A stretch of DNA of 64,000 nucleotides from an uncultured Bacteroides sp. GTDB lineage: Bacteria > Bacteroidota > Bacteroidia > Bacteroidales > Bacteroidaceae. The notes under the pieces are model-generated. The model searched no databases and was not told the origin of the DNA. It saw nothing but the letters and a program-made list of their open reading frames with translations. The stretch covers positions 61,968 through 125,967 of the forward strand of contig CASFGA010000009.1 in the NCBI GenBank assembly GCA_949294185.1, in the 5' to 3' direction. Numbering within the stretch: the stretch's first letter is position 1; the number at the start of each line of letters is the position of its first letter. The position numbers and the translations under genes were made by a program. Positions 9,480 through 19,061 of this stretch are shown here, one piece after another.

Positions 9480-10448
9480 CTACAAGTGCAACGCTTCCCG
9501 CACCTTTTCATAAGAAGTGTCTTTCAGAACCACCCGCTTGCTTTTGTCCAACAGATAGATGCTTGGCATGGACTTCAAATCATACAAAGCGTCTGTCCTT
9601 ATTGCCAGACGATCTTCGCCGACCAACCAGTCTGAAGGCATATCGGCCAAAGTCTTCTGCCAAGACTCCGCATTGCCCTCTGTATATACAGCCAGTATAC
9701 TGACCTTTTCCTGACTTACCGCCTCAGCAAGCGCCCTGTCATCCGTCATCTGGGCCAGTACCTCATGACAACTTTCACACTCCGGATCATAAAAGACCAA
9801 CAGCAGATGACTGCCTTTTACCTCTGTCATCGCCAGCGAACGCTCCGTCCCGTCTGAAAGATAATAATTGAAATCCGCCGCTTTATCTCCAGGAAGATTA
9901 CGGCTTATCAGCTTTATCCTGAAAATTACCGCCTCTCTCTGCACTTCGCCCAACACCTTGCTCTCAGCCATGCGCTTCAGATAAATCAGGTAAAGGCTTT
10001 CATTATAAAAAGGAGAATCGGGACTATACAGATAATCATAGGCCATCTCCATAAAGACCCGGCGGGCATGAATGTTTTTCTCCATGCCCGAACAGAAGTT
10101 GTCAAGACTCTGCCGGACGAGTTCCACATCTGTATCCCCGTCGGCCAGTAAGGCAATCTGGTTTACAAATCCCTGTTCGGAGATATTGCGGTTGTCTACC
10201 AGCGAAATGTCAGAGAAGTCGAAATTGTCCCAATAGTGTTTCAGAAGAAACTCCTTCCGGTCTTCAGGACGAGTCAGGTCTGAAGGAATTTCAGGAAAAG
10301 GAAACTGCGGTTCGCCCGCCTGCTTCTGTCCAGACACAACGGTCTGCCTTGACTTCATGTCCGTTTCCTGTCCGGCGTTTCCCTGACAGACCAATAAGGC
10401 AGTCAGCACAAATGCCCACACAAATCTGTTACAAAATCTTCCTTTCAT
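9480..10448 (-). CDS. DUF5106-like exported protein with a C-terminal thioredoxin fold
   Basis: Signal-like N-terminus, HYWDNFDF motif, FYDPECESC CxxC motif; start at MKGRF is a choice (ORF opens at 10472). Confidence 0.75.
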   Translation of the reverse strand: MKGRFCNRFVWAFVLTALLVCQGNAGQETDMKSRQTVVSGQKQAGEPQFPFPEIPSDLTRPEDRKEFLLKHYWDNFDFSDISLVDNRNISEQGFVNQIALLADGDTDVELVRQSLDNFCSGMEKNIHARRVFMEMAYDYLYSPDSPFYNESLYLIYLKRMAESKVLGEVQREAVIFRIKLISRNLPGDKAADFNYYLSDGTERSLAMTEVKGSHLLLVFYDPECESCHEVLAQMTDDRALAEAVSQEKVSILAVYTEGNAESWQKTLADMPSDWLVGEDRLAIRTDALYDLKSMPSIYLLDKSKRVVLKDTSYEKVREALHL

Positions 10449-10461
10449 GACCTTACAGACA

Positions 10462-11580
10462 TTAGATTCCAATCAGCCGGTATACCCCGCCGGCAAGCGC
10501 ACGGACAATCCCCTTCATCTCCAGTTCAAACAAGATTCCCGTCATGCGGTTGATGGCTATGTTGCTCTCCACCACAAGAGCATTTATCTGCATACCGTCG
10601 GCATGCTTCTGCAACAGCCCTACAACAAGCTGTCCTTCTTCCGACAAGTCGGGGAAAAGCTGCCGCTGTACGGCAGTTACAGCCGGCCTTGATGGCATAT
10701 CCCAGTTCATTGCCCTTACCAGTCCCTCAGCGTCCTGCAACAAGACGGCACGATTAGTCTGTATCAAGTTATTGCATCCTTCCGAAAAGGTATCACCAAT
10801 CCGTCCGGGCACGGCAAAACAGTCGCGATGATAGTTTTCGGCGATTTCCGCCGTAATAAGCGAACCGCCTTTGGCTGCCGACTCAATGACGATTGTGGCA
10901 TCACTCATTCCTGCTACGATGCGGTTGCGCTTCACGAAATTCTGCCTGTCGGGATTCGTTCCGCTCGGATATTCGGTCAGCAGACCGCCGTGTTCCGTCA
11001 TTTCGGCCGCCGTCTGCCGATGAACCGGCGGGTAGATGCGGTCAAGCCCGTGCGCCAAAACTCCCACGGTGTCCAGTCCGCTTTGCAGAGCGGCACGGTG
11101 GGCGTGAATGTCGACACCGTATGCCAGACCGCTGACCACAAGCGTATCCGGCAACAGCTCCTTCAGTTCGCAGACAAGCCGCAGGCAAACATCCTGCCCA
11201 TATTCCGTAATGTTGCGTGTGCCCACGATACTGACCACATGCATCGCATTCAAATCGGCGTTGCCCCTGTAAAACAAGACAAGCGGAGCATCATCGCACT
11301 CCCGCAACCGCGACGGATAATCTTCGTCCCTTTCCGTCAGCACACGGATACGGTTCTTTTCGGCAAACTGAAGCTCGGCTTCGCACATGCGCAACGTGTC
11401 CGGACAGTCAAAAGCCTTTACCAGACGCTTGGGAAACCCCGGTATACTCTGCGAAAGGTCAGCAGTATGGCGGAAAATCTCTGCCGCACTGCCTGCCGCT
11501 TGCAGCAGATTACGCGCACCGATCAAGCCCAAACCGCGTATCTTGGTCAAGGCCAACGTATAGAGTACCTCTTCATTCAT
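10462..11580 (-). CDS. dprA: DNA-processing protein DprA
   Basis: SIVGTR, VSGLAYGVDIHAH, RNRIVAG and ESAAKGGSLITA motifs, plus a C-terminal winged helix. Confidence 0.95.
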   Translation of the reverse strand: MNEEVLYTLALTKIRGLGLIGARNLLQAAGSAAEIFRHTADLSQSIPGFPKRLVKAFDCPDTLRMCEAELQFAEKNRIRVLTERDEDYPSRLRECDDAPLVLFYRGNADLNAMHVVSIVGTRNITEYGQDVCLRLVCELKELLPDTLVVSGLAYGVDIHAHRAALQSGLDTVGVLAHGLDRIYPPVHRQTAAEMTEHGGLLTEYPSGTNPDRQNFVKRNRIVAGMSDATIVIESAAKGGSLITAEIAENYHRDCFAVPGRIGDTFSEGCNNLIQTNRAVLLQDAEGLVRAMNWDMPSRPAVTAVQRQLFPDLSEEGQLVVGLLQKHADGMQINALVVESNIAINRMTGILFELEMKGIVRALAGGVYRLIGI

Positions 11581-11980
11581 CTAAATAAGGGGAAAAAGTT
11601 TCATAAAGTTCCTTGCTGTCGCCCAGTTTCCCGCCGACAACGCAAACGGTTTCCACGGTCGACCGGAGAACCGGCTTCAGGTCGGGCAAACGGAAGATAT
11701 CCTGATAAAAGACATATTTAAGGCCGTCTTTCCGCAAATACAGCTTCGAAACGAACTCGTCTCCGCTCCGCAGCGGAGTTTTAAAGGCCATCGTGAGACG
11801 AGCCACCACCGGATCGATGCCCTGCTCGTGCAGACGGGCAAAGCTGATGCCCTCCGAACAGAGAAACTCGTGGCGCGTATGCTCGATATAGTGCTGATAA
11901 TTGGCATTATTGACAATCCCTTGCAGGTCGCACTCATAGTCGCGCACCTTCATCGTAAGTTCATAAATGTATTTTCCCAT
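11573..11980 (-). CDS. Acyl-CoA thioesterase (4HBT/YbgC hotdog family)
   Basis: VRDYECDLQGIVNNANYQHY motif; start reassigned to MGKY because a -7 box lies at 12006-12013. Confidence 0.9.
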   Translation of the reverse strand: MGKYIYELTMKVRDYECDLQGIVNNANYQHYIEHTRHEFLCSEGISFARLHEQGIDPVVARLTMAFKTPLRSGDEFVSKLYLRKDGLKYVFYQDIFRLPDLKPVLRSTVETVCVVGGKLGDSKELYETFSPYLDE

Positions 11981-12134
11981 ACCGGTCATTTTCTGGTTAT
12001 GCCCACAAAGATACGTTTTTATATTTGCCTGTAAAAATATAACGGCGAGGAGAAACATCTTTATCCCGTCCTCCGGAGAAATCATGCGGACAAACGGAGC
12101 GTTTCTCCTGCATGAAAAAATGACTTCACCACGG

Positions 12135-13403
12135 TCATATTTTCCGCTTGAAGTATTCATACCCGATGCGGCAACAGAGGCATCTTTTCGGATCACAGTA
12201 ATTCTTTTTCAGTTGTATCAGGGCCTGGCTGTCTCCCGCATGGGCAGCCTCCAGGCCGCATTCCTTCCATAACCGGATAATGTAATTGTTTTCCGGCCTC
12301 ATCTCCTCAAGCAAAGCCGCGGCCCGACCATACAAGCCTTCATTCCCACGGTATTTCCCGTAAGCATAAAGAAAGGGAACCACCGTGTTGATAATAATCA
12401 AATCGACAGACGACCGGCTGAGTGTCTTCGGACGGGAGGGGGAAACCTCGCCGAAAGTATAGTGCGTAAGCCAGTAAAGCGAGGTTCCGCCTTTCAGTTC
12501 ATCACGCAGTTCCTTCAGGGTGGTCAGCTCCATCAGCCGAGAGAAAAGCCCCTGCGAACGATGATACAGGCAGGCAAGTTGGGCGATGCGTACATGCGGG
12601 AAGTTTCCCGGACGCATGCGGAGCAGCTTCCACCGGCATACGCCGGAAGGATGAAGGTCGAACTTATGCTTCAGATACTCGTATTCCTTGATTAGGCGTG
12701 CAGTATATTCATCGGCCGGAAGCTCTTCCAACAGTCCTGCCTGCCCGAAAAAGAAGGCTTCCACCTGAAAAAGGTCGTCCCGATGCTTCGCTACGGCCGA
12801 AAGAGGTATGGACTGCGCCCAAAGTTCAAAGGCATCGCTGTTTACACCGAATCCGAAATTGCGGGCAAGCGTGATGAAAAAGGCATGCTCCCAATCCATG
12901 CCGCAGGCCTGGAGGCGGCGGGCTATCTGTTCCGTCTTCTGTTCGAATCGTTCCGTCTGCAAGGAGGAGAGGAAACTGTGAATCAAGAAAGGCGGCAACT
13001 GCGGAATCAGCCGGTAGCATGCCGGATAGTGAGCTGTATGAATCAGCTCGCCGTAATTTTCCGAAAGGTAGGACGGGCAGTGGAACTCCATCTGCGGAAT
13101 CGGCTCGCCGTTGCTTCGCGAAACCGCCACATCTATATCCGAAACTACATGCAGGATAACCGAATCGTATGCCTTGTTTTTGTCATGATTATGCCGGAAC
13201 CAGTCGGACGCCCGCTCGTGAATCTCGACATTCCCAACCCACAATACACCGTCCAGCTTTATTTTGGCATTGAAAAAGTCTGGGCCGGCATCGGCATTCA
13301 CCAGTCCCGGATCGATGATTTCCACCGACTGCCCGTCGGTCGTGCTAAGAGGATGAAGCGGGAAAAGCTTGTGCTTCCACGCATAATGTAAGAGCTGTTC
13401 CAT
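12135..13403 (-). CDS. DUF2851 family protein
   Basis: MEQLLHYAWKH, GPDFFNAKI, GNVEIH and VILHVV motifs, ending in a Cys cluster (CDPKRCLCCRIG). Confidence 0.85.
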   Translation of the reverse strand: MEQLLHYAWKHKLFPLHPLSTTDGQSVEIIDPGLVNADAGPDFFNAKIKLDGVLWVGNVEIHERASDWFRHNHDKNKAYDSVILHVVSDIDVAVSRSNGEPIPQMEFHCPSYLSENYGELIHTAHYPACYRLIPQLPPFLIHSFLSSLQTERFEQKTEQIARRLQACGMDWEHAFFITLARNFGFGVNSDAFELWAQSIPLSAVAKHRDDLFQVEAFFFGQAGLLEELPADEYTARLIKEYEYLKHKFDLHPSGVCRWKLLRMRPGNFPHVRIAQLACLYHRSQGLFSRLMELTTLKELRDELKGGTSLYWLTHYTFGEVSPSRPKTLSRSSVDLIIINTVVPFLYAYGKYRGNEGLYGRAAALLEEMRPENNYIIRLWKECGLEAAHAGDSQALIQLKKNYCDPKRCLCCRIGYEYFKRKI

Positions 13404-13456
13404 GTTAATGAAGATGTAAATGTTCGTCAAATGTAATGATTAATAGCGAAAAACAT

Positions 13457-13464
13457 TATCTTTG
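13457..13464 (+). promoter_or_regulatory. -7 box for the dapB operon
   Basis: TATCTTTG. Confidence 0.7.
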
Positions 13465-13484
13465 CCGTTAAAAAGAAGCATATT

Positions 13485-14237
13485 ATGAAAATAGCATTGA
13501 TTGGATACGGCAAGATGGGAAAGGAAATCGAGCGTATCGCCCTTTCCCGCGGACACGAAATAGTCTGCATCATTGACATAAACAACCGTCAGGATTTCGA
13601 TTCGGATGCATTCCGCTCGGCGGATGTGGCTATCGAATTCACCGCCCCGTCTGTAGCTTACGGCAATTGCATCGAGGCATTCCGCCAGGGAGTAAAGGTC
13701 GTTTCAGGCAGTACAGGGTGGATAAACGAGCACCGTGAAGAGATGAAAAGTCTGTGTGACGAAGGAAAAACGTTGTTCTGGTCGTCCAACTTCAGCTTGG
13801 GCGTAGCCATCTTCTCGGCTGTAAACAAGTATCTGGTCAGAATCATGAACGATTTTCCGAATTATGATGTATCCATGGTGGAGACTCACCACATCCATAA
13901 GCTGGATGCACCGAGCGGTACGGCCATTACACTGGCAGAAGGCATTCTGGAGAACCTTGACCGGAAAGACAAATGGGTGATGGGAACCCTGACTGCCCCC
14001 GACGGAACGGTGAGCGGGACTACTGAATGCGCACCGAATGAACTGCCCGTCAGTGCGGTTCGTGAGGGAGAAGTGCCGGGAATCCATACGATAAAGTATG
14101 AATCGGAAGCCGACTCCATCATTATCACCCACGATGCCAAAAACCGTAAAGGATTTGCGCTGGGTGCCGTACTGGCTGCCGAATATACGGCCACGCATAC
14201 CGGATTTTTAAGCATGAATGACTTATTCCGCTTTTGA
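13485..14237 (+). CDS. dapB: 4-hydroxy-tetrahydrodipicolinate reductase
   Basis: GYGKMG and ETHHIHKLDAPSGTA motifs. Confidence 0.96.
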   Translation: MKIALIGYGKMGKEIERIALSRGHEIVCIIDINNRQDFDSDAFRSADVAIEFTAPSVAYGNCIEAFRQGVKVVSGSTGWINEHREEMKSLCDEGKTLFWSSNFSLGVAIFSAVNKYLVRIMNDFPNYDVSMVETHHIHKLDAPSGTAITLAEGILENLDRKDKWVMGTLTAPDGTVSGTTECAPNELPVSAVREGEVPGIHTIKYESEADSIIITHDAKNRKGFALGAVLAAEYTATHTGFLSMNDLFRF

Positions 14238-14239
14238 TT

Positions 14240-15766
14240 ATGAAAAAGATAGAAGCTCCACGCAAACAATGGATAAAGTTCGGCATCGTGCTGGCTCTCT
14301 ACCTGATATTCCTGATTTGGTTAAGAAGCTGGCTGGGTTTGATTGCCGTCCCGTTCATTTTTGATGCTTACATAACCAAATTTATCCCGTGGACATGGTG
14401 GAAGCAGTCGAAGAGCAAAACCGTACAGACAGTGATGGGATGGGTAGATGCCATTGTGTTCGCACTTGTTGCCGTATATTTCGTCAATCTTTACTTCTTC
14501 CAGAATTATGTCATACCCTCGTCTTCTCTGGAAAAGTCCCTGCTGGTCGGCGATTATCTGTTTGTCAGCAAGATGAGTTACGGGGCACGAATTCCGCAGA
14601 CTCCGCTCCACATGCCGCTTACCCAACACACGCTGCCGATATTGAACTGCAAATCGTATCTTGATTTCCCGCACTGGGAATACAAGCGCGTGGCGGGACT
14701 GGGAAAAGTCAAGTTGAACGACATCGTTGTGTTCAACTTTCCGGCAGGCGACAGCGTGGCAGCAAAAGCGCAGGCCGAAGGACTGTATCAGCTTGCCTAT
14801 CCCATCGGACAAAGCCTCTCGCAGCCAATCGACCTGTCGAAGCTGTCGCAGGAACAGCAGCTGCAAGCGTTCGACTTCTATTACCAGACCGGAATCCAAT
14901 ATATCAAGGATCATCCGGACGATTTCGGGGAGATTCTGTCACGCCCTGTCGACCGAAGAGAGAATTATGTAAAGCGTTGCGTCGGCTTGCCCGGACAGAC
15001 GCTCGAGATAAAAGACCGCATCATTTATTTGGACGGACAAGCGAACAAGGAACCCGACAACGTACAGTACCGGTATGATGTCAAGTTCAAGCGTTGCCGC
15101 CCGGAAATGTGGACTTCCCTGTTCCGCGTAAACAATACGGGCAGTGGATATACCCTGCAGGCAGGCAGAACAATGGCAGACATCACTGCCTATATCGGAA
15201 TACCGGAAGAGATTATCGACGATTTCAATATAAGCGCCGACGATATGGCCGCGCCTCCGTCAGACGGGGTGATACGCATGCCGCTGACCGAAGGGGCAAA
15301 AAATGCCTTGTTTGCGCGCAAAGACATCGTGGAATGGATAGCAAACGTTCCGGATGACATGACCGGACTTTATCCGATCAATAAGCAAACGGGATGGACC
15401 ACCGATAACTACGGCCCGGTCTGGATACCCAAAAAGGGTGAAAGCATCCGGCTGACGCTCGACAATCTCCCGATCTACGAACGGCCGATACGCAACTACG
15501 AGGGGAATTCATTGGCTGTAAAAGACGGGAAGATCTATATCAACGGAAAAGAAGCTACGGAGTATACCTTCAAGATGGACTATTACTGGATGATGGGTGA
15601 TAACCGTCATAATTCCGCCGACTCAAGGTTCTGGGGATTTGTGCCCGAAGACCACATTGTGGGGAAACCGGTATTCATCTGGCTTTCACTTGACCAGGAT
15701 CGCGGATGGCTTGACGGAAGAATACGCTGGAACCGATTGTTCAGATTTGTAGACTCTATAAAATAA
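14240..15766 (+). CDS. lepB: Signal peptidase I (S26)
   Basis: IPSSSLEKSL (catalytic Ser), YVKRC (catalytic Lys) and GDNRHNSADSRFWG. Confidence 0.95.
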   Translation: MKKIEAPRKQWIKFGIVLALYLIFLIWLRSWLGLIAVPFIFDAYITKFIPWTWWKQSKSKTVQTVMGWVDAIVFALVAVYFVNLYFFQNYVIPSSSLEKSLLVGDYLFVSKMSYGARIPQTPLHMPLTQHTLPILNCKSYLDFPHWEYKRVAGLGKVKLNDIVVFNFPAGDSVAAKAQAEGLYQLAYPIGQSLSQPIDLSKLSQEQQLQAFDFYYQTGIQYIKDHPDDFGEILSRPVDRRENYVKRCVGLPGQTLEIKDRIIYLDGQANKEPDNVQYRYDVKFKRCRPEMWTSLFRVNNTGSGYTLQAGRTMADITAYIGIPEEIIDDFNISADDMAAPPSDGVIRMPLTEGAKNALFARKDIVEWIANVPDDMTGLYPINKQTGWTTDNYGPVWIPKKGESIRLTLDNLPIYERPIRNYEGNSLAVKDGKIYINGKEATEYTFKMDYYWMMGDNRHNSADSRFWGFVPEDHIVGKPVFIWLSLDQDRGWLDGRIRWNRLFRFVDSIK

Positions 15767-15777
15767 CGGAACCGCCA

Positions 15778-16692
15778 GTGGCAAACAGGCATTGGACAGT
15801 ATGGGTGAAAGCAATCGGGGCAGCAATCGTCGCCGTATTGCTGGTCAGAATGTTCCTGGTCACCTCATGCATAATTCCTTCATCGGGCATGGAAAACAGT
15901 CTGTATCAGGGTGAAGGAATTTTGGTGAACAAATGGAGCTACGGTTTGCGTATGCCTTTCCCGTCTGTATTCGGATACCATCGTCTGATGCCAAGGCCTG
16001 TAAAGAAGGGAGACATCATTCTTTTCAACAATCCCAATCCGAAAAAGCCGGATACCGGCATCGAACGGCGGGAACTCTTTATCAGCCGCTGCATTGGAGC
16101 CGCCGGAGACACGCTGATGCTGAATCATGAATGGATTAGTGTAGGGGGAGAAGTGGAAAGTCCCGACAGCAAAGCCCTGTATGCCTATCCTTCGGCGGAC
16201 GAAGACCTGATGCAGGCCATCCTCGACACGGTGGGCATCGAGGGAAACTCCTTGGCCGGCTATACGGAGGAAGGGCACTACATACGCAGCTTCAGCCACT
16301 ATGAGTTTTATTTAGTGTCGCAAAAGGCGGAAGAACGGATAAACATAGCGCCTTTAAGCGAAAAGACACCCCAGAAGGTACATCCGTTTGTCGTTCCCCG
16401 CAGGGGAATCGCGGTGAAAGTCTATCCGTGGAACGCCACATTGCTCTGCAATGCCATCCTCAGCCACGAGCATCGGCAGGCGGAGGTACACAATGACACG
16501 CTTTGGGTGGAAGGGAAAGCGGTTCCGGCCTATACGTTCACGCAGAACTACTATTGGGTAGCGGCAAACGACCCCATCAACCTGTGCGACTCACGGCTGT
16601 TCGGATTCGTTCCGGAAAGCCATATCATCGGGAAAGCCTGGAAAATCTGGCTGACACCGCACAAAGGAAGATTTTTTCAAACGGTAGAATAA
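15778..16692 (+). CDS. Signal peptidase I paralogue, probably catalytically inactive
   Basis: GTG start; S26 boxes recognisable (IPSSGMENSL, FISRCIG, DSRLFGFVP) but the Ser and Lys positions are substituted. Confidence 0.8.
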   Translation: MANRHWTVWVKAIGAAIVAVLLVRMFLVTSCIIPSSGMENSLYQGEGILVNKWSYGLRMPFPSVFGYHRLMPRPVKKGDIILFNNPNPKKPDTGIERRELFISRCIGAAGDTLMLNHEWISVGGEVESPDSKALYAYPSADEDLMQAILDTVGIEGNSLAGYTEEGHYIRSFSHYEFYLVSQKAEERINIAPLSEKTPQKVHPFVVPRRGIAVKVYPWNATLLCNAILSHEHRQAEVHNDTLWVEGKAVPAYTFTQNYYWVAANDPINLCDSRLFGFVPESHIIGKAWKIWLTPHKGRFFQTVE

Positions 16693-16700
16693 CGGAAAGA

Positions 16701-17330
16701 ATGGACAAAAAAACGATTTTCTTAAGCTCGGCATATCTGGCTCCGGTGGAGTATTATACCAAACTGCTTGCCTATGATACGGTTTACATGGAACAATGCG
16801 ACCATTACACGAAGCAAACCTATCGCAACCGCTGTGTCATCGCGTCGGCCGACGGGCCGCTGGCACTGACCGTGCCCACAGAAAAGGCGGAAGGCAAGTG
16901 TCTGATGAAGGATGTCCGCATCTCCGACCACGGCAACTGGCGGCATGTGCACTGGAATGCCTTTGAGGCAGGATACCGGCACAGTCCCTTCTTTGATTAT
17001 TATGCGGATGAATTCCACCGCTTCTACGAGCAAAAATATGAATTTCTCTTTGACTTCAACATGGAACTGTGCCTGTGGATGTGCAGACAGATAGACATGC
17101 AGCCCCGCATCATCCCGACATCCAAGTATATCACCGCGCCCGAACAGGCGGACGACTTCCGTGAAAGGATTCATCCGAAAGCGTCTTACAGGGAAAGTGA
17201 CCCGGACTTCACTCCGGTTCCCTACTACCAGGTGTTCGACCAGAAGCAGGGATTCATCCCCAATCTGAGCATCGCAGACCTGCTCTTCAATATGGGGCCG
17301 GAAAGCCTCATCGTATTGAATGCCGTTTGA
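16701..17330 (+). CDS. WbqC family protein
   Basis: KQTYRNRC, PFFDYY, YYQVF and PNLSIADLLFNMGPES motifs; start reassigned to MDKK. Confidence 0.88.
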   Translation: MDKKTIFLSSAYLAPVEYYTKLLAYDTVYMEQCDHYTKQTYRNRCVIASADGPLALTVPTEKAEGKCLMKDVRISDHGNWRHVHWNAFEAGYRHSPFFDYYADEFHRFYEQKYEFLFDFNMELCLWMCRQIDMQPRIIPTSKYITAPEQADDFRERIHPKASYRESDPDFTPVPYYQVFDQKQGFIPNLSIADLLFNMGPESLIVLNAV

Positions 17331-17511
17331 GCCGCATCCAAACCCGCTTTTCATCCTTATGAAATCCGGATTTCCTGCTGTCAGAAACTGGATTTCATCA
17401 GGCAGAAACTGGAGCCGGCCACCTATTTATTGTTAATTCTTCATATTCCGCCCTTTATTCTTCCCAAGAATGTTATACCTTTGCAACTGATTCAATGACA
17501 GAAAACAAATT

Positions 17512-18186
17512 ATGAACAATTTACCTACAGTAACCAAAAACCTGCTCATCATCAATGTGCTGTGCTTTTTAGGCATGATAGTGGCAAGACGCTATGGGAT
17601 AGACATAGAAAACCTGCTCGGGCTGCATTTCGTGCTGGCATCCGACTTCAATGTGGCGCAGCTGTTCACCTATATGTTCATGCACGCCAACTTTTCGCAC
17701 ATATTCTTCAACATGTTTGCCGTGTGGATGTTCGGGCGTGTACTGGAGCAAGTATGGGGCCCCAAGCGTTTCCTCACTTATTACATTGTCTGCGGTATCG
17801 GTGCAGGGCTTATACAGGAACTTGTACAATACATACAGTACGCCACATCGTGGTCAAACTATGAGGCTGTCAATACAGGATTAGGCATCATCCCGATGGA
17901 AACCTTTTTGAACGAGCTTACAACGGTAGGCGCATCGGGCGCCGTCTTCGGCATCCTCTTGGCTTTCGGCATGTTGTTCCCCAACAGCCAGATGTTTGTA
18001 TTTCCCTTGCCGATGCCCATCAAGGCAAAATATTTCGTTATCATCTATGCGATAATCGAGCTGCTCTTTGGAATCAGCGGCAGCGACAATGTGGCACACT
18101 TCGCTCATCTGGGCGGAATGCTGTTCGGACTGCTCTTTATCATTTATTGGAGGAAGAAAAATGGGGGCGGGCAGATTTATTACTGA
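17512..18186 (+). CDS. Rhomboid intramembrane serine protease
   Basis: TYMFMH, HIFFNM, GASG (Ser) and AHLGG (His); -7 box TACCTTTG at 17476-17483. Confidence 0.93.
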   Translation: MNNLPTVTKNLLIINVLCFLGMIVARRYGIDIENLLGLHFVLASDFNVAQLFTYMFMHANFSHIFFNMFAVWMFGRVLEQVWGPKRFLTYYIVCGIGAGLIQELVQYIQYATSWSNYEAVNTGLGIIPMETFLNELTTVGASGAVFGILLAFGMLFPNSQMFVFPLPMPIKAKYFVIIYAIIELLFGISGSDNVAHFAHLGGMLFGLLFIIYWRKKNGGGQIYY

Positions 18187-19054
18187 TTTGAGAGAGGGCT
18201 TCCGGCGGGGAGACATCGTTACACGGCTGCTATATATAAATGTAACGGTATTTCTGATTGTGACCATCGTCAACATCGGACTGCTGCTATTCAATCTTCC
18301 GACCGGGCGATGGGACACTTATCTGGCGCTTCCCGCATCGCCGGCACGCTTCATACTCCAGCCATGGTCTTTGTTCACCTACATGTTCATGCACGCAGGT
18401 GTGTTTCACATCCTGTTCAATATGCTTTGGCTCTACTGGTTCGGGCGTTTGTTCCTGCAGTTCTTCTCGGCCAAGCATCTGCGCGGGCTTTATCTGTTGG
18501 GCGGAATATGCGGCGGCCTGCTGTATATTTTGGCCTACAACGTGTTCCCCTATTTTTCCCCGCTTGTAGAAAACGCCATGATGGTAGGAGCCTCCGCTTC
18601 TATCCTGGCCATCGTTGTGGCGACAGCTGTCCGCGAACCGAACTACCCCGTACAATTCATGTTTGTCGGAACCGTCCGTCTGAAATACGTTGCCATTTTC
18701 ATGATTATCCTTGACCTGCTGCTCATGACATCGGGCAATGCCGGAGGACACATCGCGCATCTGGGAGGCGCACTGGCAGGATGGTGGTTTGCCGCCGGCA
18801 TCTCCGACGGCCATGACGCGACAAAATGGATAAACCACGCGTTCGACTTTCTGGCAGGCAGCCGGAAACCGACACGCCGCAAGCCTAAAATGAAGGTACA
18901 CTACAGCGACAAGCAGAAAGACTATGACTACAACGCGCGCAAGAAGGAACAGTCGGAAGAAATAGACCGTATTTTAGACAAACTGCGCAAGTCCGGATAT
19001 GGAAGCCTGACAGAGGAAGAAAAGAAACGGCTCTTCGATGCAAGCAAAAAATAA
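18161..19054 (+). CDS. Second rhomboid protease with a C-terminal cytoplasmic extension
   Basis: HILFNM, GASA and AHLGG motifs; tail IDRILDKLRKSGYGSLTEEEK. Confidence 0.9.
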   Translation: MGAGRFITDLREGFRRGDIVTRLLYINVTVFLIVTIVNIGLLLFNLPTGRWDTYLALPASPARFILQPWSLFTYMFMHAGVFHILFNMLWLYWFGRLFLQFFSAKHLRGLYLLGGICGGLLYILAYNVFPYFSPLVENAMMVGASASILAIVVATAVREPNYPVQFMFVGTVRLKYVAIFMIILDLLLMTSGNAGGHIAHLGGALAGWWFAAGISDGHDATKWINHAFDFLAGSRKPTRRKPKMKVHYSDKQKDYDYNARKKEQSEEIDRILDKLRKSGYGSLTEEEKKRLFDASKK

Positions 19055-19061
19055 CTGAAAC

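Noticed and set aside
10828-11721. 297-aa ORF antisense to dprA, and similar long antisense ORFs (41285-42223, 43648-44532, 50596-51393, 57499-58446, 61623-62330)
   Set aside because: They lie opposite well-supported genes, lack motifs and are expected from codon bias.
11573-12196. 207-aa version of the thioesterase ORF
   Set aside because: The extension overlaps the DUF2851 gene and crosses the -7 box at 12006-12013; the start at 11980 fits better.
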